Below, in pieces: positions 15,420 to 22,330 of a stretch of 29,572 nucleotides of DNA. Where the stretch lies: IMG/VR virus record IMGVR_UViG_3300035208_002606. One strand, 5' to 3'. How positions within the stretch are numbered: the first letter of the stretch is position 1; each line of letters begins with the position of its first letter. The notes beneath the pieces were generated by a model. That model searched no databases, had not been told where the DNA came from, and was given only the letters and a program-made list of their open reading frames with translations. Both the position numbers and the translations under genes were made by a program. The stretch is from a virus. Taxonomy: Duplodnaviria; Heunggongvirae; Uroviricota; Caudoviricetes.

Positions 15420-16382
15420 ATGGGAAAACTAAAATTTTATCATCTTAGTGGGGCAGCCGCACTTACAATCGCCGCCTGCGCCGCAATCTTTTCGGTTTAT
15501 GGATTAAGTACTTTGTTCGCAGGGTCTAAACTCCCTGTTATTATTATGGCTTCGGCCTTGGAGTTGGGAAAAATTCTTTCCGTCAGTATGGTATACAATT
15601 ATGCCAAAAAACTGCCACAACTCACAAGAAAATATTTGATGTCCGCTATCATCGTCCTGATGTTTATCACGAGTTTGGGCGTGTACGGATATCTCGCCAA
15701 TGCTTATCAAAAGTCATCCGATGTTGTTGCCACCACGACCACTAGGCAGTCATATAATACGGACCAACAAAACTTGATTGCCGAACGCATCAACAACTAC
15801 AGGCAACAAATTACAAGGGACACAAGCCGCCTCAACACGCTAAACGAACAACGTACCAAGCAGGAAGAACGCCTGAATCAGGCACAAGCGGCTCTAAACC
15901 GCCGAATGCAGACAGAGGCTCGAAACGATATCAAACTGTCAGACGAAGAAATTAAAAGTCTGAACGGCAGAATAGACGAAGCCTATACCAACATTACCAA
16001 GGAGAATGACAAACTCAGTAACCTGAAAGAGGAGAGTTTTAAACTCCGTGAAGAGGATAGAAAGATTGATGTCGGCCCTCTTCGTTATTTGTCGAAGTTG
16101 TTCTCCCGAAGTATGGATTCCATCGTTACGGTTCTCATCCTTATTCTCGTTTTCGTTTTCGACCCCCTTGCAATCATTTTGTGGCTTTCCACCAATGCCA
16201 TTGCGAAGGCTGAAAAAGAAGAGGAACGGCGCAAAGCCCTCAAACCATCGGTGTCTAAAAATTACAACACTTTAGAAGTTCAGACAATACCTGATACTGT
16301 TGACGGGTTTAAAAAATGGATACGAACGATATATAAAAAATGGAAAGAAGAGAAACATGAGGGAGAAAATACCCCTAAATAA
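15420..16382 (+). CDS. Polytopic membrane protein with a central coiled coil
   Basis: Three N-terminal hydrophobic segments, a long coiled coil, DVGPLRYL, then a C-terminal TM segment (VLILILVFVFDPLAIILWL). Confidence 0.8.
   Translation: MGKLKFYHLSGAAALTIAACAAIFSVYGLSTLFAGSKLPVIIMASALELGKILSVSMVYNYAKKLPQLTRKYLMSAIIVLMFITSLGVYGYLANAYQKSSDVVATTTTRQSYNTDQQNLIAERINNYRQQITRDTSRLNTLNEQRTKQEERLNQAQAALNRRMQTEARNDIKLSDEEIKSLNGRIDEAYTNITKENDKLSNLKEESFKLREEDRKIDVGPLRYLSKLFSRSMDSIVTVLILILVFVFDPLAIILWLSTNAIAKAEKEEERRKALKPSVSKNYNTLEVQTIPDTVDGFKKWIRTIYKKWKEEKHEGENTPK
16376..16381 (+). promoter_or_regulatory. Putative late promoter TAAATA
   Basis: Overlaps the upstream stop; followed by SD gaggga and ATG 16398. 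Confidence 0.45.
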
Positions 16383-16397
16383 TTGAGGGACACATGA

Positions 16398-17042
16398 ATG
16401 CCAAAATATACCTCACGCACGGGCAAGGACATCGTCTTACGGTTTAACGGAACTGTTATCACCATTCCCGCACATCGAATTTACGAAACAAGTGCCGAAG
16501 ACCTTGCCGAACTTTTTCCGTCCTATATCAAGAAGGTAAACAAAGACGAACTTCTGAAAGAAGTAGAACGGCCCATACCCCCTCTCGATATTCGACAAGT
16601 TAAGCCTTTCCCCATTCAACCCGTCATTATGCCTGCACCGCCTGCGGAAGTAAGTTTCATCCCTCTTAACATTCACAAAATAATACCTACGGAAAAATTA
16701 CACACTACCCCTTTACCACCCCCTGAACTTACCCCCGTCAAAATATCAGATTTTCACAATATTCCTTCACAAAATACAACTTTTATCGGGGAGTTTTCTC
16801 CCAATTCCTCACCCTTATCAGAACCAAAGGCCGTAGAAATGTCAGACATTTATAACGCAGGCCCACAAAAAATTAACAAGTTTTCTTTAACCCCACCTAC
16901 AGAATTGCCATCTCCTATTGTTAAGAATGTAATTCTGAAACAGGAAGAAATCATAAAAACCATAAATAGTATTGTGGCTAGTGACGGAGACCCTGATGTG
17001 AGGGAATTTTTAAGCATGATTGAATCCGTCATAACAAACTAG
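16398..17042 (+). CDS. Pro-rich late protein with the shared N-terminal MPxY...LFPxYI module
   Basis: N-terminal ~48 aa resemble the N-termini of the 17060 and 22331 proteins; Pro/Ser/Thr-rich linker follows. Confidence 0.8.
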   Translation: MPKYTSRTGKDIVLRFNGTVITIPAHRIYETSAEDLAELFPSYIKKVNKDELLKEVERPIPPLDIRQVKPFPIQPVIMPAPPAEVSFIPLNIHKIIPTEKLHTTPLPPPELTPVKISDFHNIPSQNTTFIGEFSPNSSPLSEPKAVEMSDIYNAGPQKINKFSLTPPTELPSPIVKNVILKQEEIIKTINSIVASDGDPDVREFLSMIESVITN

Positions 17043-17059
17043 CGAAAAAGGAGGGCAAA

Positions 17060-17443
17060 ATGCCAATGTATCGTAATTTCAGGAATCGCCAAATCACGGT
17101 GTTCCTAAACAACTCTGTTCCCGTAAAATTTCAACCCGGGGAACATAAGGTTGTAAAACAGGAAGGGTTGGAAAAAATTTATGCGAGTTATCTTCAACTC
17201 ATTCCAGAGGCAACTGTAAAGGAAGCAAAGGAAAATTTGGAGAGGAAGGAAAAAGAAAAGGGGCTGATTAACGAAGTCAAACAGCCTGACCCGAACAAAG
17301 AATTGACGAAGGAGCCTGTAGAGGAAGCAACAAAGTCGAAGAGAAAAATTCTTCAGGAGAAGTCCCCAAAACTCAACGAGGGTTATTCCCCCTTCCGAAC
17401 AGAGACTAAGGTGGCAAGCACCAATAAACAAGGTAACGAGTAA
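17060..17443 (+). CDS. Late protein with a divergent copy of the same N-terminal module and a charged tail
   Basis: SD aaggagg; MPMYRN...ITVFLN...LEKIYASYL. Confidence 0.8.
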   Translation: MPMYRNFRNRQITVFLNNSVPVKFQPGEHKVVKQEGLEKIYASYLQLIPEATVKEAKENLERKEKEKGLINEVKQPDPNKELTKEPVEEATKSKRKILQEKSPKLNEGYSPFRTETKVASTNKQGNE

Positions 17444-18183
17444 TGTCACTTTCCGAACAAATCAAAACAGAATTAGAGTTTATTAGTTATATTAGAACCA
17501 AACTAGGCGAACCAAAAGTAAGAGTGGAGTTGGCCGATTCCCAAATCAAAACTAATTTGTATGACGCTCTACAATTGTTCCGTGAATATTCTACAAGCAG
17601 GGGCAATCAACGGAGTTATATGGCATTGGATTTGGTCGTGGGCCAACAAGATTATCAACTTCCTGATTATGTCATGCAAGTGGGATACGATAAAACAAGT
17701 TCTAGCGTATCCGCTTGGGTGTTAGCACAATTGTCAGGCGCGGCGGCTAGTGATGTTTTAAGCCTGAAATCGTTCGATATGGTTTCATTTTATATGCTTC
17801 AACAATGGCTTCATTATTTGAAGTATGTTTCAATCTCCAAATTCCGACTGTTTTTTAACTCCAATACGAAAATTCTCCATGTCGTTCCACCACCCGATGA
17901 TTCATATGTGAAACTTTTTATTGAAGTTTTTCATCAGGCTCCTAGCGATGAACTCTATAATGAAAGATTTGTTCGAGACTACGCTTTGGCTCTTTGTAAG
18001 ATTTCCTTAGGAGAAATCCGAAGTAAATTTCAAAGTTTGCCAGGGTTCAACAACTCCGTTTCTTTAAACGGGGAAACCCTAAAAACGGAAGGCAAAGAAG
18101 AAAAGGACAAGTTGGAAGAGGACTTAAAACTTCACTTTCAATATTCAACCCCACCCTTCCCTGTTTTCCGTAGCATAGATTAA
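17443..18183 (+). CDS. gp13: Neck protein, T4 gp13 family
   Basis: IRTKLGEPKVRVEL...Q....L.DALQLF.EY; RDYALALCKISLGEIRSKFQSLPG...V.LNGE.L..EG.EE..KLEE.L. Confidence 0.85.
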   Translation: MSLSEQIKTELEFISYIRTKLGEPKVRVELADSQIKTNLYDALQLFREYSTSRGNQRSYMALDLVVGQQDYQLPDYVMQVGYDKTSSSVSAWVLAQLSGAAASDVLSLKSFDMVSFYMLQQWLHYLKYVSISKFRLFFNSNTKILHVVPPPDDSYVKLFIEVFHQAPSDELYNERFVRDYALALCKISLGEIRSKFQSLPGFNNSVSLNGETLKTEGKEEKDKLEEDLKLHFQYSTPPFPVFRSID

Positions 18184-18195
18184 AAAGGAGTTAGT

Positions 18196-18765
18196 ATGAA
18201 AAGAAAAATTTTATTATGGTTGGCATCTCTGCGCCATAAACCAAAATGGTTACAAAAAAAGATTGATATGATGTATTGGGCTGATATTGCGGACGCACGA
18301 GAAAGAAAGGAAATACACCTTTCAAAACATATGAAAAAATTATGCGAATTTGAAAAAACAGTAATAGAACACATCAATTCGTTGCGATTGTCGATGCTTC
18401 ATGGATATAGCGATAAAAGTTTGAAATTTAAAAAATTGTCCGACCAAGAAGCAATGAATCGAATAATTACACGAATGCGCCAGGAAAGAGATAAACCGAC
18501 AGACGAAGAAATATACACTCGTTTAAAGCATTTGGGGTTTCATCCCCCTGAAGCGTTAAATCCCGAAGTAAAAGAAAGAGTGTGGCAGGATTTAGCAACG
18601 AAAAAGCAGTATATAGTAGACCGTGAATCGGAAAAAAAGATTGATACTAAAAAAATAATTCCTGTTTCTGAAGATTCACTAAAAATCATTAAGAAAGAGG
18701 CAAAGAAAAAAATAACAAAATTAACAAGGAGTAAACCAAATGGCAAATCAAAAACCACCAAATAG
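18196..18765 (+). CDS. Hypothetical protein
   Basis: SD aaggag; long ORF; no motif recognised. Confidence 0.75.
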   Translation: MKRKILLWLASLRHKPKWLQKKIDMMYWADIADARERKEIHLSKHMKKLCEFEKTVIEHINSLRLSMLHGYSDKSLKFKKLSDQEAMNRIITRMRQERDKPTDEEIYTRLKHLGFHPPEALNPEVKERVWQDLATKKQYIVDRESEKKIDTKKIIPVSEDSLKIIKKEAKKKITKLTRSKPNGKSKTTK

Positions 18766-19213
18766 GCAGGGTATTGTCCCTAATTTCGGGCAACCCCAAA
18801 GAAGGCCTATGCCGCCACGCCCAGGATTAGTCCCATATAATCCTAAAAATTATCTCAGGCCGAATATGAGGACAGCCAAGATTATTGACCTCAACAAGGC
18901 TATGAGTACTTGGGGGGCAAATCAGGCAAAGTATAAGGAAGGAGATGCTTTCATATCCAAAAAGATTTTGCAGAATCTCGACAAGGCAACCGACTTTGCA
19001 GGAGTAACGAGTCAGGACAAATTCAGAAAGAACCTGAAAACGATTGACGATATCATTTCGGGAACCAAAGGCGAGATTTCTTACAAGTTTAAAGGAGTAG
19101 AAGGATATCTAGCCGAAGAAGTACTAGAGCAAAACTATATCCACCATTATGCGGAGAATGTTTTACAGTACTATAAAGAAAAAAATAAAAACGAAACTGA
19201 AGAAAAATCATAA
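18740..19213 (+). CDS. Hypothetical protein with a Pro/Arg-rich N-terminus
   Basis: SD aggag upstream of ATG 18740. Confidence 0.75.
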   Translation: MANQKPPNRQGIVPNFGQPQRRPMPPRPGLVPYNPKNYLRPNMRTAKIIDLNKAMSTWGANQAKYKEGDAFISKKILQNLDKATDFAGVTSQDKFRKNLKTIDDIISGTKGEISYKFKGVEGYLAEEVLEQNYIHHYAENVLQYYKEKNKNETEEKS

Positions 19214-19216
19214 ATA
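19211..19216 (+). promoter_or_regulatory. Putative late promoter TAAATA
   Basis: Overlaps the upstream stop; SD aggagg and GTG 19270 follow. Confidence 0.5.
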
Positions 19217-19269
19217 ACAGTTAGGGCAAGCATTATTTTATTTAACTTAGCCTTAGGAGGATTATTATC

Positions 19270-20097
19270 GTGGCAAGATTCGAGTATGTGAACAATACAA
19301 TCCAAGAATTGTATGTTCAAACTTACGCAATTACTGATTCTGCTATTAAAGAACTCCGAGTATTGCGCCAAACAACCAACCCTCAAGTTTTAGTGGGTGG
19401 GTGGACGGCCTCTGCAACCACATTGGGATTTGACACGTTGGTTGGTACTTTACCGCCAGCAGGAGTATTCCTTTGCGGAACAGAGAAAATCCAATATGGT
19501 TCAATCACTTGGAACGCAGACGCAGTATCGGGAACCTTCAATTCTTGTAAAAGAGGATGGGAAGGAACTACAGCCGCAATTCATCTGGAGAACGCCAACA
19601 TTTATTTTGGTGATGCGTTCGCTTTGAATACGCAGGCAGCAGCGGCTTTTACAGACTCTCTTACAACGATTCCGTTTTCAGGTTTAGACCGTCCAGGTCA
19701 AATTCCTGAAACAGGTGTTGTAATGGTGGAAGATGAATGGATTTGGTACGGTGGAGTAACCTACACCGATATCAATCACACCGCAGGAAACCTGTTGTAT
19801 TGCTTCAGAGGATACAATGGAACAACCGCCGTGGCCCACGCAGGAGATACAACGGCTCTCGACTTGAGATTCGAACATATCTTCAAGCACAGAGAAAGTG
19901 TGGCTATCTATAATTACACCGCTAGCCCATTGCCGATGTATTACGGATTCAACCCAACAATCACCAATGCGGGAACTAATGCTCTACCGATTCTTTACGG
20001 AGAATCAGTAACCATCCCGTTAGGATGCACCAATCGCATTTACGCAATTAGCGGAGAAAGAGATGGCGGGGTTGTAGCAATTGCGGAGTGGAGGTAA
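19270..20097 (+). CDS. Beta-rich virion structural protein (decoration/fibre-like), paralog A
   Basis: Thr/Gly/Ala-rich; two internal E.I.YG..T....G....RG..GTTA..H repeats; C-terminal N..IY.G....G..L..GES......IYAIS....V.IAEWR jelly-roll-like domain. Confidence 0.7.
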   Translation: MARFEYVNNTIQELYVQTYAITDSAIKELRVLRQTTNPQVLVGGWTASATTLGFDTLVGTLPPAGVFLCGTEKIQYGSITWNADAVSGTFNSCKRGWEGTTAAIHLENANIYFGDAFALNTQAAAAFTDSLTTIPFSGLDRPGQIPETGVVMVEDEWIWYGGVTYTDINHTAGNLLYCFRGYNGTTAVAHAGDTTALDLRFEHIFKHRESVAIYNYTASPLPMYYGFNPTITNAGTNALPILYGESVTIPLGCTNRIYAISGERDGGVVAIAEWR

Positions 20098-20100
20098 CAC

Positions 20101-20751
20101 ATGAGCAAAAAAATTATTCCAGCAAACTATGAGAGAAATGAGTTTGACAAAGAAGTATTCACCGAAGCAATCGTCTACACAAAGCAGTTTGATGTGGGCG
20201 GCGTTGCTACCAAAATCACCAATGCGGCTCTGACCACATTCGGGCTTGCAGATGTTCTCGCCGCTGGCGGAACTCGTATTCAATTTGATACTTTGGTTGG
20301 CAACCTTCCTTGGTCAAGTTATTCCAAGTACACTATCAGCGAACCACGCACTACCACTCCACCGATTCCATTGGCATCTTTGCCATCGGCAGGGTCAGTA
20401 ACCATTACTGAAGGTGCAACAAGCGAAGTAATGTATTACGGGTCAGTAACTTGGACAAGCGCCACGGCGGGATATCTTAACAATGTTAAGAGGTCTTCGA
20501 CAACCAATGCATTTACTGCTGCGGCAACAGGTGCGTTCACCAATGTAATTCCTGTTCGGGAAAAAATCCTGATTTGGAATCGTACCGTTGGAACCCTGTA
20601 TATCGGCAATAGTGCGGCTATGTTGAACACCCCAACCAACTGTGTTAAATTGGCCTTTGATGGTCAATGGGGTATTTGGTTAGAGCCTCTACAAGACCTT
20701 TGGGTACTCCCATCAACAGGCGGCTTAATTAACATCGCTGAGTACAGGTAA
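20101..20751 (+). CDS. Beta-rich virion structural protein, paralog B
   Basis: One copy of the internal repeat (EVMYYGSVTW...AG.L..VKR); similar C-terminal domain ending INIAEYR. Confidence 0.7.
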   Translation: MSKKIIPANYERNEFDKEVFTEAIVYTKQFDVGGVATKITNAALTTFGLADVLAAGGTRIQFDTLVGNLPWSSYSKYTISEPRTTTPPIPLASLPSAGSVTITEGATSEVMYYGSVTWTSATAGYLNNVKRSSTTNAFTAAATGAFTNVIPVREKILIWNRTVGTLYIGNSAAMLNTPTNCVKLAFDGQWGIWLEPLQDLWVLPSTGGLINIAEYR

Positions 20752-20765
20752 GAAGGAGGTAACAC

Positions 20766-21422
20766 ATGAACACTATGACAACTGAAGAAATTTTGAAGGC
20801 ATATGAGGCGCAGGAGACTGAAGAACAGGCTCTTATCGAGAAGAAAAATGCCAAAATCCAAGCAATTGTAGAGTCTAGGCAGAAAGCCGAGGCCCGTAAA
20901 GCGAAGATTAAGGAAATCAAGAAAAAGATTCTCGAAAAGCGCAAGTCTTTGAAAGAAGGAAAGAAGACCTTGAAAGAGGAAAATGAATACACCATCGAAG
21001 GTGATGAAGACATTGAAGACGTTGAAGACGTTGAAGACGTTGAAGATGTTGAGGGTGATGAGGATGTTGAAGAAGGAGCCGAAGAGGAAGAAGTTGCAGA
21101 AGAGGACGTAGAAGAACTGCAAAAAGAATCCAAGCAGGCAATCCTCAAGAAAATTGCAGAGCGCAAAAAGCAGGATATTCTCAAGAAGATTGCAGAGCGA
21201 AAGGCCCAGGCTGAAGCCGAGCAAAAAACACTTGCAGAAAAAAAGGAACCTGTGAAAGAGAAAAAAGAGGTGAGAGTAGGCACATTGCTCGAAGCCGCAG
21301 AAGGCGACAAGAAACGCCGCTTCTCTGTTTACCGTGAAGAAAAAAGCCATTTCTTCCTAAAGGAACTTGGCTCAGGCAAAACCTTCAAAATCGCAAAAGA
21401 GAAAGTCGAATTAACAGACTAA
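20766..21422 (+). CDS. Highly charged coiled-coil/acidic protein with a small C-terminal beta domain
   Basis: SD aaggagg; Lys-rich helices flank a D/E/V tract; ILKKIAERK occurs twice. Confidence 0.8.
   Translation: MNTMTTEEILKAYEAQETEEQALIEKKNAKIQAIVESRQKAEARKAKIKEIKKKILEKRKSLKEGKKTLKEENEYTIEGDEDIEDVEDVEDVEDVEGDEDVEEGAEEEEVAEEDVEELQKESKQAILKKIAERKKQDILKKIAERKAQAEAEQKTLAEKKEPVKEKKEVRVGTLLEAAEGDKKRRFSVYREEKSHFFLKELGSGKTFKIAKEKVELTD
21006..21050 (+). repeat. Five tandem 9-bp units (GAAGACGTT, with variants) encoding (EDV)n
   Basis: gaagacatt gaagacgtt gaagacgtt gaagacgtt gaagatgtt. Confidence 0.9.
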
Positions 21423-21435
21423 AGTAAATAGTATT

Positions 21436-21473
21436 AAAATGGCTCTTAATTTCTGATTAAGAGCCATTTTTTT
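21436..21473 (+). terminator. Rho-independent terminator
   Basis: 15-bp perfect stem AAAATGGCTCTTAAT/ATTAAGAGCCATTTT with a 5-nt loop and a T-run. Confidence 0.88.
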
Positions 21474-21496
21474 AAGTACAAAAATAATAAAAATAA

Positions 21497-21591
21497 TAAA
21501 TAATAGTGTAGGGACAGGGGATGCAACCCTTTCTAAAAAGCCAATCCTTTTTAGATTACCTACAAAAAAATAAACTTGATTGGAGGTTTAT
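21497..21591 (+). ncRNA. Structured cis-regulatory RNA leader, copy 2
   Basis: First 20 nt identical to copy 1. P1 TGTAGG/CCTACA; P2 GGGG/CCCT with loop ATGCAA; P3 TCTAAAAAG/CTTTTTAGA. P3 loop CCAATC pairs with GATTGG 21578-21583, overlapping SD GGAGG. Confidence 0.8.
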
Positions 21592-22281
21592 ATGAAGAGA
21601 AAATATTTTACAGAAGAAGAAAAGAAAAATGCAGAAAAGAAAAGATATTTGGATAATAAAGAAAATATTTTAAAATACCAAAAAGAATATTATCAAAGTA
21701 ATAAAAAAATTATATCAATACGAAGTAAACAACGATATGAAAATAAAAAAGAAAAAATTTTAAAAAAACAAAAAATATACGAAGAAAAACATAGAAAAGA
21801 AAAAAGAATATACGCAAAAAAATGGTATCAAAAAAATAAAAAAGATAGACTAATACAATGTAAAAAATATAGAAAAACTCACAAAAAAGAAATAAACCAA
21901 TATTTCACCAATAAAAAACAAATAAATATTGACTATAAACTTACTTGTGTGTTACGCACTAGGTTATATATTGCTCTAAAAAATAACCAAAAATCAGGCT
22001 CCGCAGTCGAAGACTTAGGTTGTTCCATCCCCGAACTCAAAACCCATTTGGAGTCCAAATTTCAAGAAGGAATGACTTGGAAGAATTGGGGTATTTATGG
22101 ATGGCATATTGACCATATTATTCCTTTAACTTCTTTCGACCTAACCAATAGAGAGGAACTTTTAAAGGCTTGTCATTATACCAACCTTCAGCCATTATGG
22201 GCAGAAGAGAATTTAAAAAAAGGAAAAACACCACCCTTTTCAGCAAATGTTGAAAAGGGTAAAATCAATGAAAACCCATAA
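21592..22281 (+). CDS. HNH-like homing-endonuclease-like protein (paralog 2)
   Basis: Start reassigned to ATG 21592 (SD GGAGG 21582-21586). The C-terminal domain is nearly identical to that of 6125..6769 (NQKSGSAV.DLGCSIPELKTHLESKFQ.GMTW...WHIDHIIPL...HYTNLQPLWAEEN.KKGKT). Confidence 0.85.
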   Translation: MKRKYFTEEEKKNAEKKRYLDNKENILKYQKEYYQSNKKIISIRSKQRYENKKEKILKKQKIYEEKHRKEKRIYAKKWYQKNKKDRLIQCKKYRKTHKKEINQYFTNKKQINIDYKLTCVLRTRLYIALKNNQKSGSAVEDLGCSIPELKTHLESKFQEGMTWKNWGIYGWHIDHIIPLTSFDLTNREELLKACHYTNLQPLWAEENLKKGKTPPFSANVEKGKINENP

Positions 22282-22284
22282 ATA
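22279..22284 (+). promoter_or_regulatory. Putative late promoter TAAATA overlapping the HNH stop codon, upstream of the glycan cluster
   Basis: CCCATAAATAA; same ending as HNH paralog 1 (CCATAAATAA). Confidence 0.5.
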
Positions 22285-22330
22285 AAGATGCAAAGGAAAA
22301 TATTTTTCAAAAGGATGAAAATAAAGCACC

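Noticed and set aside
15420-16382. Possible holin
   Set aside because: Too large, with a long soluble coiled coil and no lysis-gene context; left as a membrane protein of unknown function.
19219-19256. Imperfect hairpin (TTAGGGCAAG...CTTAGCCTTAG) between a TAAATA and the SD of gene 19270, superficially like the RNA leader
   Set aside because: It lacks the GACA, TGCAA and ATTACCTAC elements and the loop-SD complement; the pairing is weak and bulged.
20664-21350. Long minus-strand ORFs (228 aa Phe/Leu-rich and 193 aa Ser-rich)
   Set aside because: They are antisense shadows of the K/E/D-rich 20766 gene; the composition is what reverse-complemented AAG/GAA codons produce, and there is no SD or other support.
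3811-22281. Group I/II introns or inteins hosting the nuclease genes
   Set aside because: Portal, protease, scaffold and capsid ORFs are each complete and uninterrupted; the nucleases are intergenic and no intron core or intein motifs were seen.
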